A stretch of DNA of 64,000 nt, taken from the NCBI GenBank assembly GCA_965221125.1, contig CBDCRW010000002.1, positions 32,001 through 96,000 of the forward strand. The letters are read 5' to 3'. Positions 19,114 to 29,608 of the stretch are shown in pieces (position 1 is the stretch's first letter; each line of letters starts with the position of its first letter). The stretch comes from Alphaproteobacteria bacterium (GTDB lineage Bacteria; Pseudomonadota; Alphaproteobacteria; UBA828). The notes beneath the pieces are model-generated. The model was not told the origin of the DNA, ran no database searches, and saw nothing but the letters and a program-made list of their open reading frames with translations. The position numbers and the translations under genes were made by a program.

Positions 19114-22100
19114 ATAGGCCCCTAGCAGCAGCAGAGCGCAACTCTTCGTCGACTGCGCAATTCGTTCCATCGCCGCGACCACTGCGGCGACCTGTCCATG
19201 AATCGCAAGTAGAACGCAAGCAGAGGCGGCCAAAGGTGGCCCAAGTTGCAAAAGAAGCTTGGCAGTGATCGCATCTAGAATGTCGCTTTCGACCACATCC
19301 GCCCGGCTCAAGGCGTCGATGGCGTCGACGCGGACCCAACGGAGCTGATCAACGAACGATAGGGCCCATATTGCTTTGCGGATCGCTGGGCCGCAGCATT
19401 GCGCAGCAGTGTTGAGTGCGACAATGCCGAGCGAGCGATCGTCCGTGCGCTCGGCTCGCAACAACAGCGTTTCTCCGATTTCATCTGATAGGCTGCCGTA
19501 GGCAGCCAGCCCGACTATCGCCTCGCGCGCGATCGGATAAGATGGCGGCTCATTGTAGAAGGCTTCGGCGTCGGACCAATTGTCGTCGATCAATCGGAGT
19601 AGCACGTTCATATGATGCCCATGAGGCCGGTCCGTAAGAATGTCGACTAGGCTGCGGCGAACTCGGCTACTGGGATCGGTCGCCATATATAGAAGTCGCT
19701 GCGGCAGCGGGCTTGGCAGGCAGTTGGCGAGATAGACGAGCGCCGCCTCGCGAGCATCCGCACGCGCATGGTCAAGTGCGAGCCACACAAGCTCTTCGTT
19801 CCGAATGCAAATTGCTGCCTCGACGGCAGCTTTCGCGAGTTTACGGTCCTCGGTCTCCGCGAGCCATCGCCGAATGACTGCCGCTGGAGTGGAACCACTG
19901 ACGATCATCATCGGTACGATCTTGTCGAGGATAATGGGCGGTACCATCTCCGCAGCCTCATTCAACAGATGAAGAGTCGTCTGGCCGACAGGGCGTGGAG
20001 GTTCGTCCTTGATGGATAGAGCCTGGAAAATCTCTTTGCCAGCACTCGAGATCGACTTCAGGACGTGCCTCGCTCGCCGCGCGCGCTTCTTGCGGGAGAT
20101 CCGGAGATGCGCCGCATGCGTATCCACTAGTAGGTGGACGAAATCTGCCGGTGCGGTAGACAATCTCTCCAAGCAGAGGCCAAGCGTCGCTGGCGATTTC
20201 TTCAAGGCGCAATAGATAAGTGAATGGCGCAAGCGATCGTCGTCCGGATTGGAAAGGAGCCGCTCTTCAAGGTCGGAGGCCAGCGTAGATTGCCAATGCT
20301 GGCGCGCAGCTTCCCAAGCATGCTGTTCGTCATCGCCCGGCTGCGTGACAGCGATGACGCTCCGAAGCTCCTCCGGCGACACCGACCGGCTCGTGTGTGA
20401 GATGTCCTGGGCCCAAGCACGGCCCAGTTCCAATATTCGGGAGTGTTTTGCCAAGGATTTCCAGTGGCCTAGCGACCTAACCTGTCTTACGTAGGCTTCA
20501 ACGAAAGTACTCGCCGCATAACCGTCATCTTGGTGCTGCCATTGATAGCCTTCCTTAAAAGCTACATCGCATTCTCCGTCTTCGATCGCCCGCCATTGAT
20601 TCAGGCCCTCTCGCTCGTGGGATCGACTAACGCGCGCAAGTTCTTCAAGCGCCGCATCAAGCACACCTTCATAGAGATCAAGGTCCCGCACTGCCCCAGC
20701 CGCCACCGCACGGACATTACTAACGAAGCCAGAGTCTACCAGCTTGCGTGCTGCCGCGACGAAGGCCGGCGTGAGGTCGCTCGCGATTCGATCGAGTTGG
20801 TTTGCAAAGTCATCGCCAAAGCCGTCCCGATCCTGCGGCAACAGCTCGCGAACAAACCGATCAGCGATCGCAAAAGACCGTGAATCGGCGGAGACCCGCG
20901 CATACCACGCATCATTGACAGGCGGTGGCTTCCAATCGTCGAGGGAGAATTGACCACCATGCCGGTTGCCATTGATGAACCAGCGCGCAAGTTCTGCCGG
21001 GATCGATATCTGCGTACCCACATCCGACGCCAGTTGCAGCACGGGTCCGAAATCGGCTCGTGGATCAACCAAGCTCTCTTCCAGCCACGCATCGATTGCC
21101 TCATGGCTGGCACTGTCAGCCTCAAATTCCGCATAAGGGCTCTCAATGTCGGAAGTGAGATCGGCGATTGCCTTGAGCGACCGGGCGGCGGTCTCCAGCG
21201 CCCAATCCTGATGCGATCCACCGAGTTGAGTCAAAGCAGAGATCATTGACGTCAAGGCGGCTTCGCTGCGTCCCCAATTCTCTTTTATGAATGTCTCGAA
21301 GCCAGCCCGGACGCTCGGATGAGAGAAGCTGACGGTCTGGCCGGGCTGGCGCAGATGACGCGTGGCGACGAGCCGGTTCACCAGCTTCTCCAGCCCGTCG
21401 AAGAAGGTCGGATCGCCGCTCCGCAGCTGCCGGTTGAGTCTGACCAGCTGATTGCGGTCGAACTGCGATCTCGCTGCCAGCAGTGCCCAGATGATCGCTG
21501 ACGCGCCGGTTTGATCGCTGTCGCTCAGATAGGAGATAACCACATCTTCCACGGCCTCACGATGCGCCAGTGCAAGAGTACGTTTGAAGAAAGCACGGTC
21601 GATCTCACCCGGTTGCGGACGGTCGCCGATGTAGCTGATAAACAACTCGACTTCGAGTGGCGTTTGGAGCGCGTCGAGAGCGCCCGCGCGGAAATCCAGC
21701 GCCTTGGCTTGCAAATCCTTTGCCAACAGCTCGATGCGATTGTCGTAGATTCTTGCGAGTTCACCATCGCGATATTGATCGGCGTCCAGCACGACGGTCC
21801 AACGCTTCAGGCCCTCGCCGGCCCTAGACTGATCCAGCATGTCTGTGCGCGAAGTGACGACGTACTGGTGTCCGGCATGCGCCTCCCGCAACAACCGAGG
21901 AAGCTGCTCGGTCCAGATGTCGGCGCCGACCCGGAGGCTCGACTGCCCCCAAGGATCCTCAACGTAGTAGAGCCTCGGTCCGGTGTCGGAGAGCGCTCGC
22001 GTACTCGACGGACCGTTGTTGACATTGACCTCAATGATTTCAGGCGCTGAAGGTCCCTGTCGTGCCTGATCGACGAGCGCCCGCGCCGTCCAGGTCTTGC

Positions 22101-22908
22101 CTGTACCTGACGGGCCGGCGATAACGAGGGCGTTTTGGCGTTCGAGCAGATCGCTCATGGTTTCGTAGTTCGCTGGCGGCACGAACGACTTGAGCTGCGG
22201 AGCGCTAGCTAGATAACCACCACAGTCGCGAATGACACTCAGCAAGTCCTCGCGCGTCCACTCGCCTACTTCCGTTCCGCGCATGCGCTGAAGTGCCTCG
22301 TCTCTCAACCGCGCACGACATTCTGCTCTCCGGTTCTGGGGTACCCGCAGAAGAGACCCGAGGATTTCGTTTGTTTCCAGATCCAGAAGGCGCTCAGTAA
22401 GAACGCCCCAGATAGCGACCCGACCCTCTGGTCTATAGGGTAAGGTTTCTGATAGGAGAGCTGGAAAAGTCTGCTCTTCCGGCCATTCTTCCAAGCCCTG
22501 TACGCCCAGGTTGCGAGCCTCCCCAGTTGTGTCAGCGTTGGTGATCAACAAATAACGCGTGCCGGGATGGTCAAGATGGCATCTGGCCGGTTCCCGAGTC
22601 GTACCGCGTTTGAGCAGGGCATCGAAGTCGGCGATCGACCACGGGCCACTGTTGCGGAGCTTCACCTGCACGACAAGCTTGTAGCCCGCCGCCATATTCG
22701 CGCTAGGCCGCACCCGGCCCGGCGTAGCTGGTTCAAGGTCCGCCGCCAGATCTTCCTCGTTAGCGGGTTCGAGTGTGATCTGGGTCGCCGACTTCGTGAT
22801 CAGCATCAATTGCAGGGCTATCAACACCGAGACACCGAGCTGGTACTCAAAGCCGTCGAGCGCTGCTTTAGCCCCGCCTGCTGCAGATGTTGGAGCTCGC
22901 GATTTCAA
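19114..22908 (-). pseudogene. PD-(D/E)xK-type nuclease - STAND NTPase - HEAT/ARM-repeat protein (Avs/NLR-like defence candidate), C-terminus cut off by transposon
   Basis: N-terminal GFEYQ...EED...VVQVK; Walker A IAGPSGTGKT; YYVEDPWG; YVVTSR; HEAT-like C-terminal repeats. The final CCFPV residues come from the transposon end. Confidence 0.75.
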
Positions 22909-23214
22909 ATCCGTACGTCCATCAATGATGATTGATCATCAATAGGGATATGTAACAACAGTTCAACTCGGCTTCTTTCGTGCACGGCCAGAACTTCCTC
23001 ATTCTCTTTGTGTAGGAGAGAGCAACGTTCTCATGATCGAGCATCCATTCATACCGTAAGTGCACCGTCGTTCAAGTATGACGACACGGTCCCTCCAAAC
23101 GGCTAGCCCATGGGCCTTCGGGGGGAGGGGTACCAGCATCATCGACGCCAGCGCGCAACCAGACCGGAACGAGCTGCGTAAGCAGCCTCAACCGCGCGCT
23201 GCGCGCGCTCCCAA

Positions 23215-23593
23215 ACGAGATGGCCGACGACGTCTAGGTCCGCCGCCTTGAGGCCGGCGCAGGGAAGATGCGCAGTTTCGCTCCCTTCCCCTACTCCGCC
23301 CGCTCCTGGGGCCGCGAACGCCGAATCATCGCCCGGCTCGAGGCGAGCACCCGCGTCCGCATCCACTTCGCCTCGGCCTGTCCCGACGCCGCCCTCTTCT
23401 GCTTGTTCGCAGGTCGCCTCGCCGCAGCAGGCCCCTGAGCACTGGGACGGCGTGCCCCCGATCACCCAAGCTCGTTCGACCCTCAAACCAATCACGACCA
23501 TCCTAAGTTCCCGCCGCCAAACCGCGTTAGGACCCGACGCGCCCAATTGATCGAGCCTCGAGCGCAAGGCCGCCCGTGAATAGGTCGGGTTAG
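23215..23593 (+). mobile_element. IS1380-family transposase remnant (internally deleted, stop codon)
   Basis: Translates as ADDV*VRRLEAGAGKMRSFAPFPYSARSWGRERRIIARLEAS and TRVRIHFASACPDAALF...AAGP*; ends GTGAATAGGTCGGGTTAG. Confidence 0.6.
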
Positions 23594-23794
23594 TGCGAAC
23601 ACGGCCTGTGCGCCCCTTTTTCAACTCGTCCAAATGAACAAGCGAAATTCCCTTCTATCTCAGCCAGTTGTTTGCTATGCATCTTCCCGTCCAGCAATCT
23701 TCCGCTCGCTGGCCCACGCAAGCCTGGGCGACGCATTCAGAGCACTAGACTGGGTTGCCCCAAGATCTTCTCGACACGGTGAAAGTAAGGTGAA

Positions 23795-26700
23795 ATGACG
23801 ATATCTTTCGCGGAAGCAACACAGACGCTGCTCGCGGGTGAGCCGCTAGCATGGAGCGGATTTGAAGGCCACGCAGCGGGATCCCTTACCTTAACCTCAT
23901 CTGGCCAGAGACGCCTCTTCGCATTCCTCATGAGCCAAGACCGTGCGAAAGTCGCTCGCGGCGATGAAAGTCTCTTTGCTGGACTAACTTCGGCCTGGAA
24001 CAACGAGGGCTCAGATCCAGCCTCGACCGCAACCACTAAGACTCAAGCGTCACCTACGGATGTATGGAGATTAGATAAAATCGAAGCATCCGGTTTCGGT
24101 GGCCTGACGCTCTGTGGTGGGCCCACATTTGAACTGCGAACGAATGGTCGGAACTGGTGTCTGAATGGACAGAACGGCTCGGGAAAGACTTCCATAGTTA
24201 GCGCTATCCTGTGGGCACTAACAGGTCAGCGCATCCGCGAGCAAGATGGCCCAATCAAAGAGAACGGTGAACGCTCTGCAGTCATCAACAAGGCCGGAAC
24301 GATAATTGGCACTTGGCCTTCTTTCGCGTCATATCCAGCAGAAGAACATCAATTGGCCAATTCGGTCGAGGTCTGGGTGCGGCTAACCTTTGTGAACCAA
24401 AATGGCGAAGCTGCTAGTGCCTTTCGGCGAATGGTGTGTCCGACAGCCGGAGACTCCATTACAGATACTACGATCGATCCCAGGTTACTAAGCGCCCCTC
24501 AGTTGTTAGAATCAGGCTTGCTAATGCCAGCACGGTTGGCCGGAATCGGGTTTGGCGAAAAGAGTAGTTCGTTGTATGAAGCAGTTAAAATGCTCACTGG
24601 TCTTGACCAACTATCCGATGTTGCCGAAGGGAGCAGCCAATTTACGCACCGAGGTAGACGTTTCCTCAAGTACGGCAAGGATAGCGGTCTCGATCGTTGG
24701 AGTGACACGTTTGTTGACGAGATGACTAAGGCAGTTGAGACAGCGGAAGCGCTGCGCTTCAAGCTGCCCGTCAATCGACAGTTGGGCAACAATACTCTTG
24801 TCTCTGATCTTCAACACGCTGCCAAGAATGCCTCGGATCAAGCAGCCACTCATTTTCGCGCTCTAAAGTCTGATATTGCACCCGATATTGATACATCTAC
24901 CGCCGAGGATCGTGAGACAGTGCGCAATGCGGTAGCAACAGCCCGAATGCTTGTGAACCAGGGCACAAAGGGCGTCTCACTGTTCGATGCATGGACAGCC
25001 CTGGAAGAAGCTAGCGAGGATACGAACTGGGCGAAACTTCCCAATGCCATTGCAAATGCCCGTATCATGTTGAAGTCTGCTATCAACTGGCACACGATGC
25101 AAATGGCCGACGAGAAATTCAGACTCAAGGCCTTAGCAGCACAATATTTCGTTCCTCCGCACCGTCATTCCGATTCTGCTCGGTGTCCTTTGTGTGAGGG
25201 GCTCTTGTCCACCAAGGAGCAGGAGGCATTAGCAGCACAACTGACTGAACTTCAGAAGGACGCCGAAGAAGCGGAACGCAAGCTGGACGATGTTTGTCGG
25301 CGCTTGGAAGCCGATTTGCTGGATTGTTTTCCGCGAGGGATGAAACAGCACCGTGACCGTCTAGCTACCATGAATCCAAGGAAGAGTTACGGTATTGCTG
25401 CTCGCGAACGCTTCTGTGAGCAACCTCCCTTCGTTGATGTTCTTGTAGCACTCTCGGCGCATAATCGGACCAAGATTGAAGAACAGGAGGCTTTGCTACC
25501 TGAGTTTGAGTTTTCTAAATTTGAAGAGGATGAGAAAGGGGAGTCTGAAAGCGTTGCCCGCTTGCGCCGTAGTTTCCATAGCATAGATCGGCTCTTGGCG
25601 CTCGTTGCTTGGTGGAGTCAACATCGTGAGAACTTTCGGGCGGCATGGGCGGAACTTATCGGGATCGTACCAGATGACTATGAAGGTCCGGCCTTAGGTA
25701 TTGTTGCCCGGATTGATTTGCTTGAGGAAGCGCTGTCCAAGGCTGCCCCGGCGGACCAGCTAGCCAAGTCTCTTCTTGGTGCCGCGGTAGCGGCAGAGAA
25801 GTGGGCGGAGATCAGAAAGGTGCAGGACTTACGTGAGGAAATCGCCAAAGCGTTACAGCCCCTCAAGGACCTGCGCCATTTAGTAGGGGCCGAGACGGCC
25901 CGCTCTATTGCGAACCTGTCGGGTCGGATAAGAGATATCGTGGAGCGAATCCATCTCAGGGAACGTTTGATATACGAGCAAACTTCACTTGGGAGGAAAG
26001 TTGTACATGTAGGAGGTAGTTTTGCACCAGGCCTGCAAATAGATGCGGCTCTAGTCGCTAACTCATCGTGGATACGAGCCATTTTGTGGGCTTTTATCTT
26101 TGCTCTGCGGGAAGAAGCAATCGAGACCCTTAATGCCAACCCGTTTCCGTTGATGGTACTCGATGATCCTCAAGCAAGCTTTGATCCTCGCAACAAGCGC
26201 AAATGGGCAGAGGAGCTAGCTCGCCTGGCCAACATGGGCCGAACGTGCACGCAGGGGGTGCAACTCTTCCTAGTTACGCACGAACGCCAATTCTACCAAT
26301 GCATGGTGGATGTGGAGCGACTGGAAGGAGAGCAGGGTTTAATCGGCGGTGTCAACAGCACTGCCGGCGTCGTTACCATCGTAAATGCCGGATGGCTTCA
26401 GCGAGCGTGGCAGGAGGCAAGTGAAAATAACGACGATTCGCGCGCGCGTGATTACATATCTGACGTCCGAATCTATTGTGAAGATCTTCTCAAATTTATG
26501 TTGAGAGGTGAGGGTCCAGACATTCCACATTTCAGTTTAGGCGGGCTGATAAGGAAACTCAAGGATTTGCATGACGATCATGTGCCACCTTTTGATCGAA
26601 AAGTATTTTCACAACTCATCAATACGTTTTGTGGTGGTGGCGGCAAGCCGATGAACTTGATAAATGAGACTCACCACAAAGACGATGAGAGCATTGGATT

Positions 26701-27682
26701 AGCGCAAGCAAGTGAAGTAAAGAACTTTTGGGAAGGCAAGTTAATGGGGCAGATTCACGACGCTTTTGCAGTCTATGATCGCTATGAGTCCTTTTATGGT
26801 GAACCGAGGACGTTTCCCTGGGCCAAGACAGTGGTCGATTTCCCGATTGGCTTCCGAGACGAGTTGAGAGAGGTGGCGTTGCAGCAGTCAGGGATTGCCG
26901 CCGCGGCAAGAACTGACGGCAGGGCTGGCGACGGTGTTATGACCATCACGGAATGGGATGCCGCCAGTACGGTTGCTTTACCAAATCATGAAGTGTTTCA
27001 GCTGGCGGCTGGAACTCTAGAGCCGGTCGCGAGTCTGGGCGATTTGCTGATAGTGTGTAATCATGCGAAAGTGAATCCTCGCAATTTGGTTGTTGCAGCA
27101 CACGGAGATGCGTTGTTAGCTCGTCGCTACAACGAGATGGGCGAGCATCCCGAGATTGCGGTACTGACTGGAGAGGTAGTTGACCCGTATTCTCTACCAG
27201 AGCCATTGATTATCGCACCGAACACAACGAAGTTGCGCAAAGTTGTTGGAACCCTTTTTGCCGCACATCAGCTGCCGGTTCCCGCCATTGAGGAGAATGC
27301 AGAGATTGTGCCACTCAGAGACCCGACAGTTCCAAGACGAATCCTCCAGGGTGCGCGTTTATTTCAAGTTGAAGGACGGAGCGCGGAACCCATTGCATTA
27401 GATGGCCAGTTCTTGATCACCAGCGATGTGGAGTTGGGCATCGAACACGTTCGGACATTGGACGGTCGACTTGTAGTTGCGATCGATGAAGATGGCACAA
27501 GGTACTTTAAGAGATTGCGCTGCATAAGGGAAGTTGTGGTATTGGAAAGCCTGAATCAGGATGGCAGTACAAGTAGCGAGTTGTTGGGCTTAGACGGAAG
27601 CAGCGGGCTGCCAATGCTATCTCACGTACGCGAAGTTGTTGGGGTATTGTTTGAGGTGAACAGTGGGAATATTAGTGCTTGA
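23795..27682 (+). CDS. Rad50/SMC-like ABC ATPase with Zn-hook, HEPN-like region and tandem S24 (LexA-type) peptidase-like domains
   Basis: LDKIEASGFGG, GQNGSGKTS, CPLC hook in a coiled coil, LMVLDDPQASFD, LVTHE; C-terminal GTLEP...LARRY and GRSAEP...YFKRL...LESLN. Confidence 0.8.
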   Translation: MTISFAEATQTLLAGEPLAWSGFEGHAAGSLTLTSSGQRRLFAFLMSQDRAKVARGDESLFAGLTSAWNNEGSDPASTATTKTQASPTDVWRLDKIEASGFGGLTLCGGPTFELRTNGRNWCLNGQNGSGKTSIVSAILWALTGQRIREQDGPIKENGERSAVINKAGTIIGTWPSFASYPAEEHQLANSVEVWVRLTFVNQNGEAASAFRRMVCPTAGDSITDTTIDPRLLSAPQLLESGLLMPARLAGIGFGEKSSSLYEAVKMLTGLDQLSDVAEGSSQFTHRGRRFLKYGKDSGLDRWSDTFVDEMTKAVETAEALRFKLPVNRQLGNNTLVSDLQHAAKNASDQAATHFRALKSDIAPDIDTSTAEDRETVRNAVATARMLVNQGTKGVSLFDAWTALEEASEDTNWAKLPNAIANARIMLKSAINWHTMQMADEKFRLKALAAQYFVPPHRHSDSARCPLCEGLLSTKEQEALAAQLTELQKDAEEAERKLDDVCRRLEADLLDCFPRGMKQHRDRLATMNPRKSYGIAARERFCEQPPFVDVLVALSAHNRTKIEEQEALLPEFEFSKFEEDEKGESESVARLRRSFHSIDRLLALVAWWSQHRENFRAAWAELIGIVPDDYEGPALGIVARIDLLEEALSKAAPADQLAKSLLGAAVAAEKWAEIRKVQDLREEIAKALQPLKDLRHLVGAETARSIANLSGRIRDIVERIHLRERLIYEQTSLGRKVVHVGGSFAPGLQIDAALVANSSWIRAILWAFIFALREEAIETLNANPFPLMVLDDPQASFDPRNKRKWAEELARLANMGRTCTQGVQLFLVTHERQFYQCMVDVERLEGEQGLIGGVNSTAGVVTIVNAGWLQRAWQEASENNDDSRARDYISDVRIYCEDLLKFMLRGEGPDIPHFSLGGLIRKLKDLHDDHVPPFDRKVFSQLINTFCGGGGKPMNLINETHHKDDESIGLAQASEVKNFWEGKLMGQIHDAFAVYDRYESFYGEPRTFPWAKTVVDFPIGFRDELREVALQQSGIAAAARTDGRAGDGVMTITEWDAASTVALPNHEVFQLAAGTLEPVASLGDLLIVCNHAKVNPRNLVVAAHGDALLARRYNEMGEHPEIAVLTGEVVDPYSLPEPLIIAPNTTKLRKVVGTLFAAHQLPVPAIEENAEIVPLRDPTVPRRILQGARLFQVEGRSAEPIALDGQFLITSDVELGIEHVRTLDGRLVVAIDEDGTRYFKRLRCIREVVVLESLNQDGSTSSELLGLDGSSGLPMLSHVREVVGVLFEVNSGNISA

Positions 27683-27742
27683 GTATGTGTGAGACGGCGG
27701 AACATGACGTTGCAAGAGAACCCAGGAATAGTTTACTTCATG

Positions 27743-28015
27743 GTATCCATCCGAGCAGTACCGCAGCTGGTAAGGCACCACCGTCCAGCCGATGGGCCCT
27801 GCGGGAGCTTTCAGCGAGTGACGGAGATCAGGCCGCGAGGTCTTGATACTGTCGGGTCTTCCAGTGCCAAGGTAGGAGTTCCGGCAGGCGGGTCTGCGGC
27901 TGCTCGGCGATGCGATCGAGCACGTCGGCGAGCCAGGCCTGGGGGTCGACGTCGTTGAGCGTGGCGGTGCCGATGAGGGTGTACATCACCGCCGCCCGCT
28001 CGCCGCCGCGGTCCG
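27743..28015 (-). mobile_element. IS66-family remnant (tnpC C-terminus and right end)
   Basis: Minus strand SDRGGERAAVMYTLIGTATLNDVDPQAWLADVLDRIA...LPELLPWHW; IS66-like end GTATCCATCCG at 27743. Confidence 0.75.
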
Positions 28016-28830
28016 ACGAGGTGCGGTTGATCCCGCCGATCTACGTGAAGCCATTCGTGAAGCGGCAGAAGAACGACGCTACGGACGCGGAGGCGATCTG
28101 CGAGGCGGCGCAGCGTCCGACCATGCGCTTCGTGACGGTGAAGGGGGAAGAGCAGCAGGCCCGGGGCATGCTGTTCCGCACGCGCGACCTGCTGGTGCGC
28201 CAACGCACACAGACGATCAATGCGCTGCGTGCTCACCTGGCGGAGTTCGGCGTTGTCGCTCCGCAGGGGCCGGCCCATGTCCGCCGGTTGGCATCGGCAC
28301 TTGAGGATCCGAGTTCGGGCTTGCCGGGGCCGGTTCGCGAGCTGGGCGCCCTTCTGCTCGATCGGATTGCCGACCTCGATACGAAGATCGCCGGCCTGGA
28401 GAGGGAGATCCGCGCGTGCGCACGCCGGGACGAAGAGGCAGCGCGGCTGATGACGATCCCGGGGACCGGGTCGATCAGCGCGATGGCGCTGCAGGCCTTT
28501 GCGCCGCCGATGGAGAGCTTCCGGCGCGGGCGCGACTTCTCGGCCTGGCTCGGCCTCGTGCCGCGGCAACATACGACGGGCGGCAAGCCACGGCTGGGGA
28601 GGATATCGAAGATGGGTCAGCGCGATCTGAGAAGGTTGCTGATCACGGGCGCCATGGCCGTTGTCAGCTGGGCGGCTCGGCGCGGCGAGACGAGGGACCC
28701 CTGGTTGGCCCGGATGCTCGCACGTAAGCCCAGGCTGCTGGTCGCGGTGGCGCTGGCCAACCGGATGGCGCGCATCGTCTGGGCGCTGATGACGAAGAAG
28801 GAGAGCTACCAGGCACCCGCCTTCGCCTGA
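28015..28830 (+). pseudogene. IS110-family (IS1111-type) transposase, N-terminally truncated
   Basis: VKPFVKRQKNDATDAEAICEA; AWLGLVPRQHTTGGKPRLGRISKMGQRDLRRLL; the N-terminal GxD catalytic motif is absent. Confidence 0.85.
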
Positions 28831-29101
28831 GAGAGCGGCGAAGGCAGGAAGCCGTCGGGGGTGTGAGCAGGTCGGAGGACAGTCAAGGGCAAACGGTCGA
28901 TCGAGACGGGATCGGGAAAACCAGAGTCGGGGTCAGGGGCCTTCAAGCCCGCAATTTTGATCTTGGACTCGGTCCGCGCATCTCCATACGGGCCTGCGGC
29001 GCTGAACCAGCCGCATCATGAGACCGGACAGATGACCGCACCTGACCACATGCCCGAGACGTTCAAAGAAATGCTTGCATCAACGGAGGCGTCCACAGAT
29101 G
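28831..29101 (+). ncRNA. Putative IS1111-type bridge/seek RNA non-coding region and right end
   Basis: About 270-nt non-coding region after the transposase, ending in TTGCA...GGAGGCGTCCAC, like an IS1111 sub-terminal IR. Confidence 0.6.
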
Positions 29102-29229
29102 ACCCCTCGCCAACCGAAATCCGAATCCCATCGCTAACCGATTCACCGTGGCCGATCCCTCGCGACACTCGACACACTCCTGAGCCCATGGACCGCGTCG
29201 CCCGCGCCGGTCGAGCACACTAACACGGG

Positions 29230-29433
29230 CACCGACTGGGGCGGCGACGGCAACAAAATGTGGAAGGGCTACGCGCCCATCGCCCTCAGCGCCAGCTCGG
29301 CCAGCTGCTCGTTGGTGCCACGCGACTGGCTATCCAACGGGATGGCGACGGCGTCGCCGGGCTCGACCGCGGACAGGCCGAACACCGTATCGAACGCCCG
29401 GATCCACTTCGCCTCGACCCGCTCCTACAACAT
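29230..29433 (-). pseudogene. Fragment of a peptidase M29 / NicX-like gene
   Basis: ML*ERVEAKWIRAFDTVFGLSAVEPGDAVAI...QSRGTNEQLAELAL with in-frame stops; family recalled, not searched. Confidence 0.4.
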
Positions 29434-29608
29434 GATGCCCTCCCCGCCGCAACGCTCCGACCCCAGCAACACGCCAAGCCGCGGACGGAGCCAACGGGGC
29501 AGGCGGCATGCCGGGCGTGTCAACCGCGCTGAGCCGGTTGGGGCTTCCGTTTCGCGCGGCCGATCTGTATCAGTCCACCGGACCGGACCAAACCGACAGG
29601 CCCCTGCC

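Noticed and set aside
27910-28830. Intact 306-aa IS110 transposase
   Set aside because: The first ~35 codons are antisense IS66 sequence; the catalytic N-terminus is missing.
29258-29608. N-terminal extensions in the ORF track (also 45484-46308, 60110-60937, 45358-45537)
   Set aside because: Low-complexity translations overlapping other features; downstream ATGs fit the family N-termini better.
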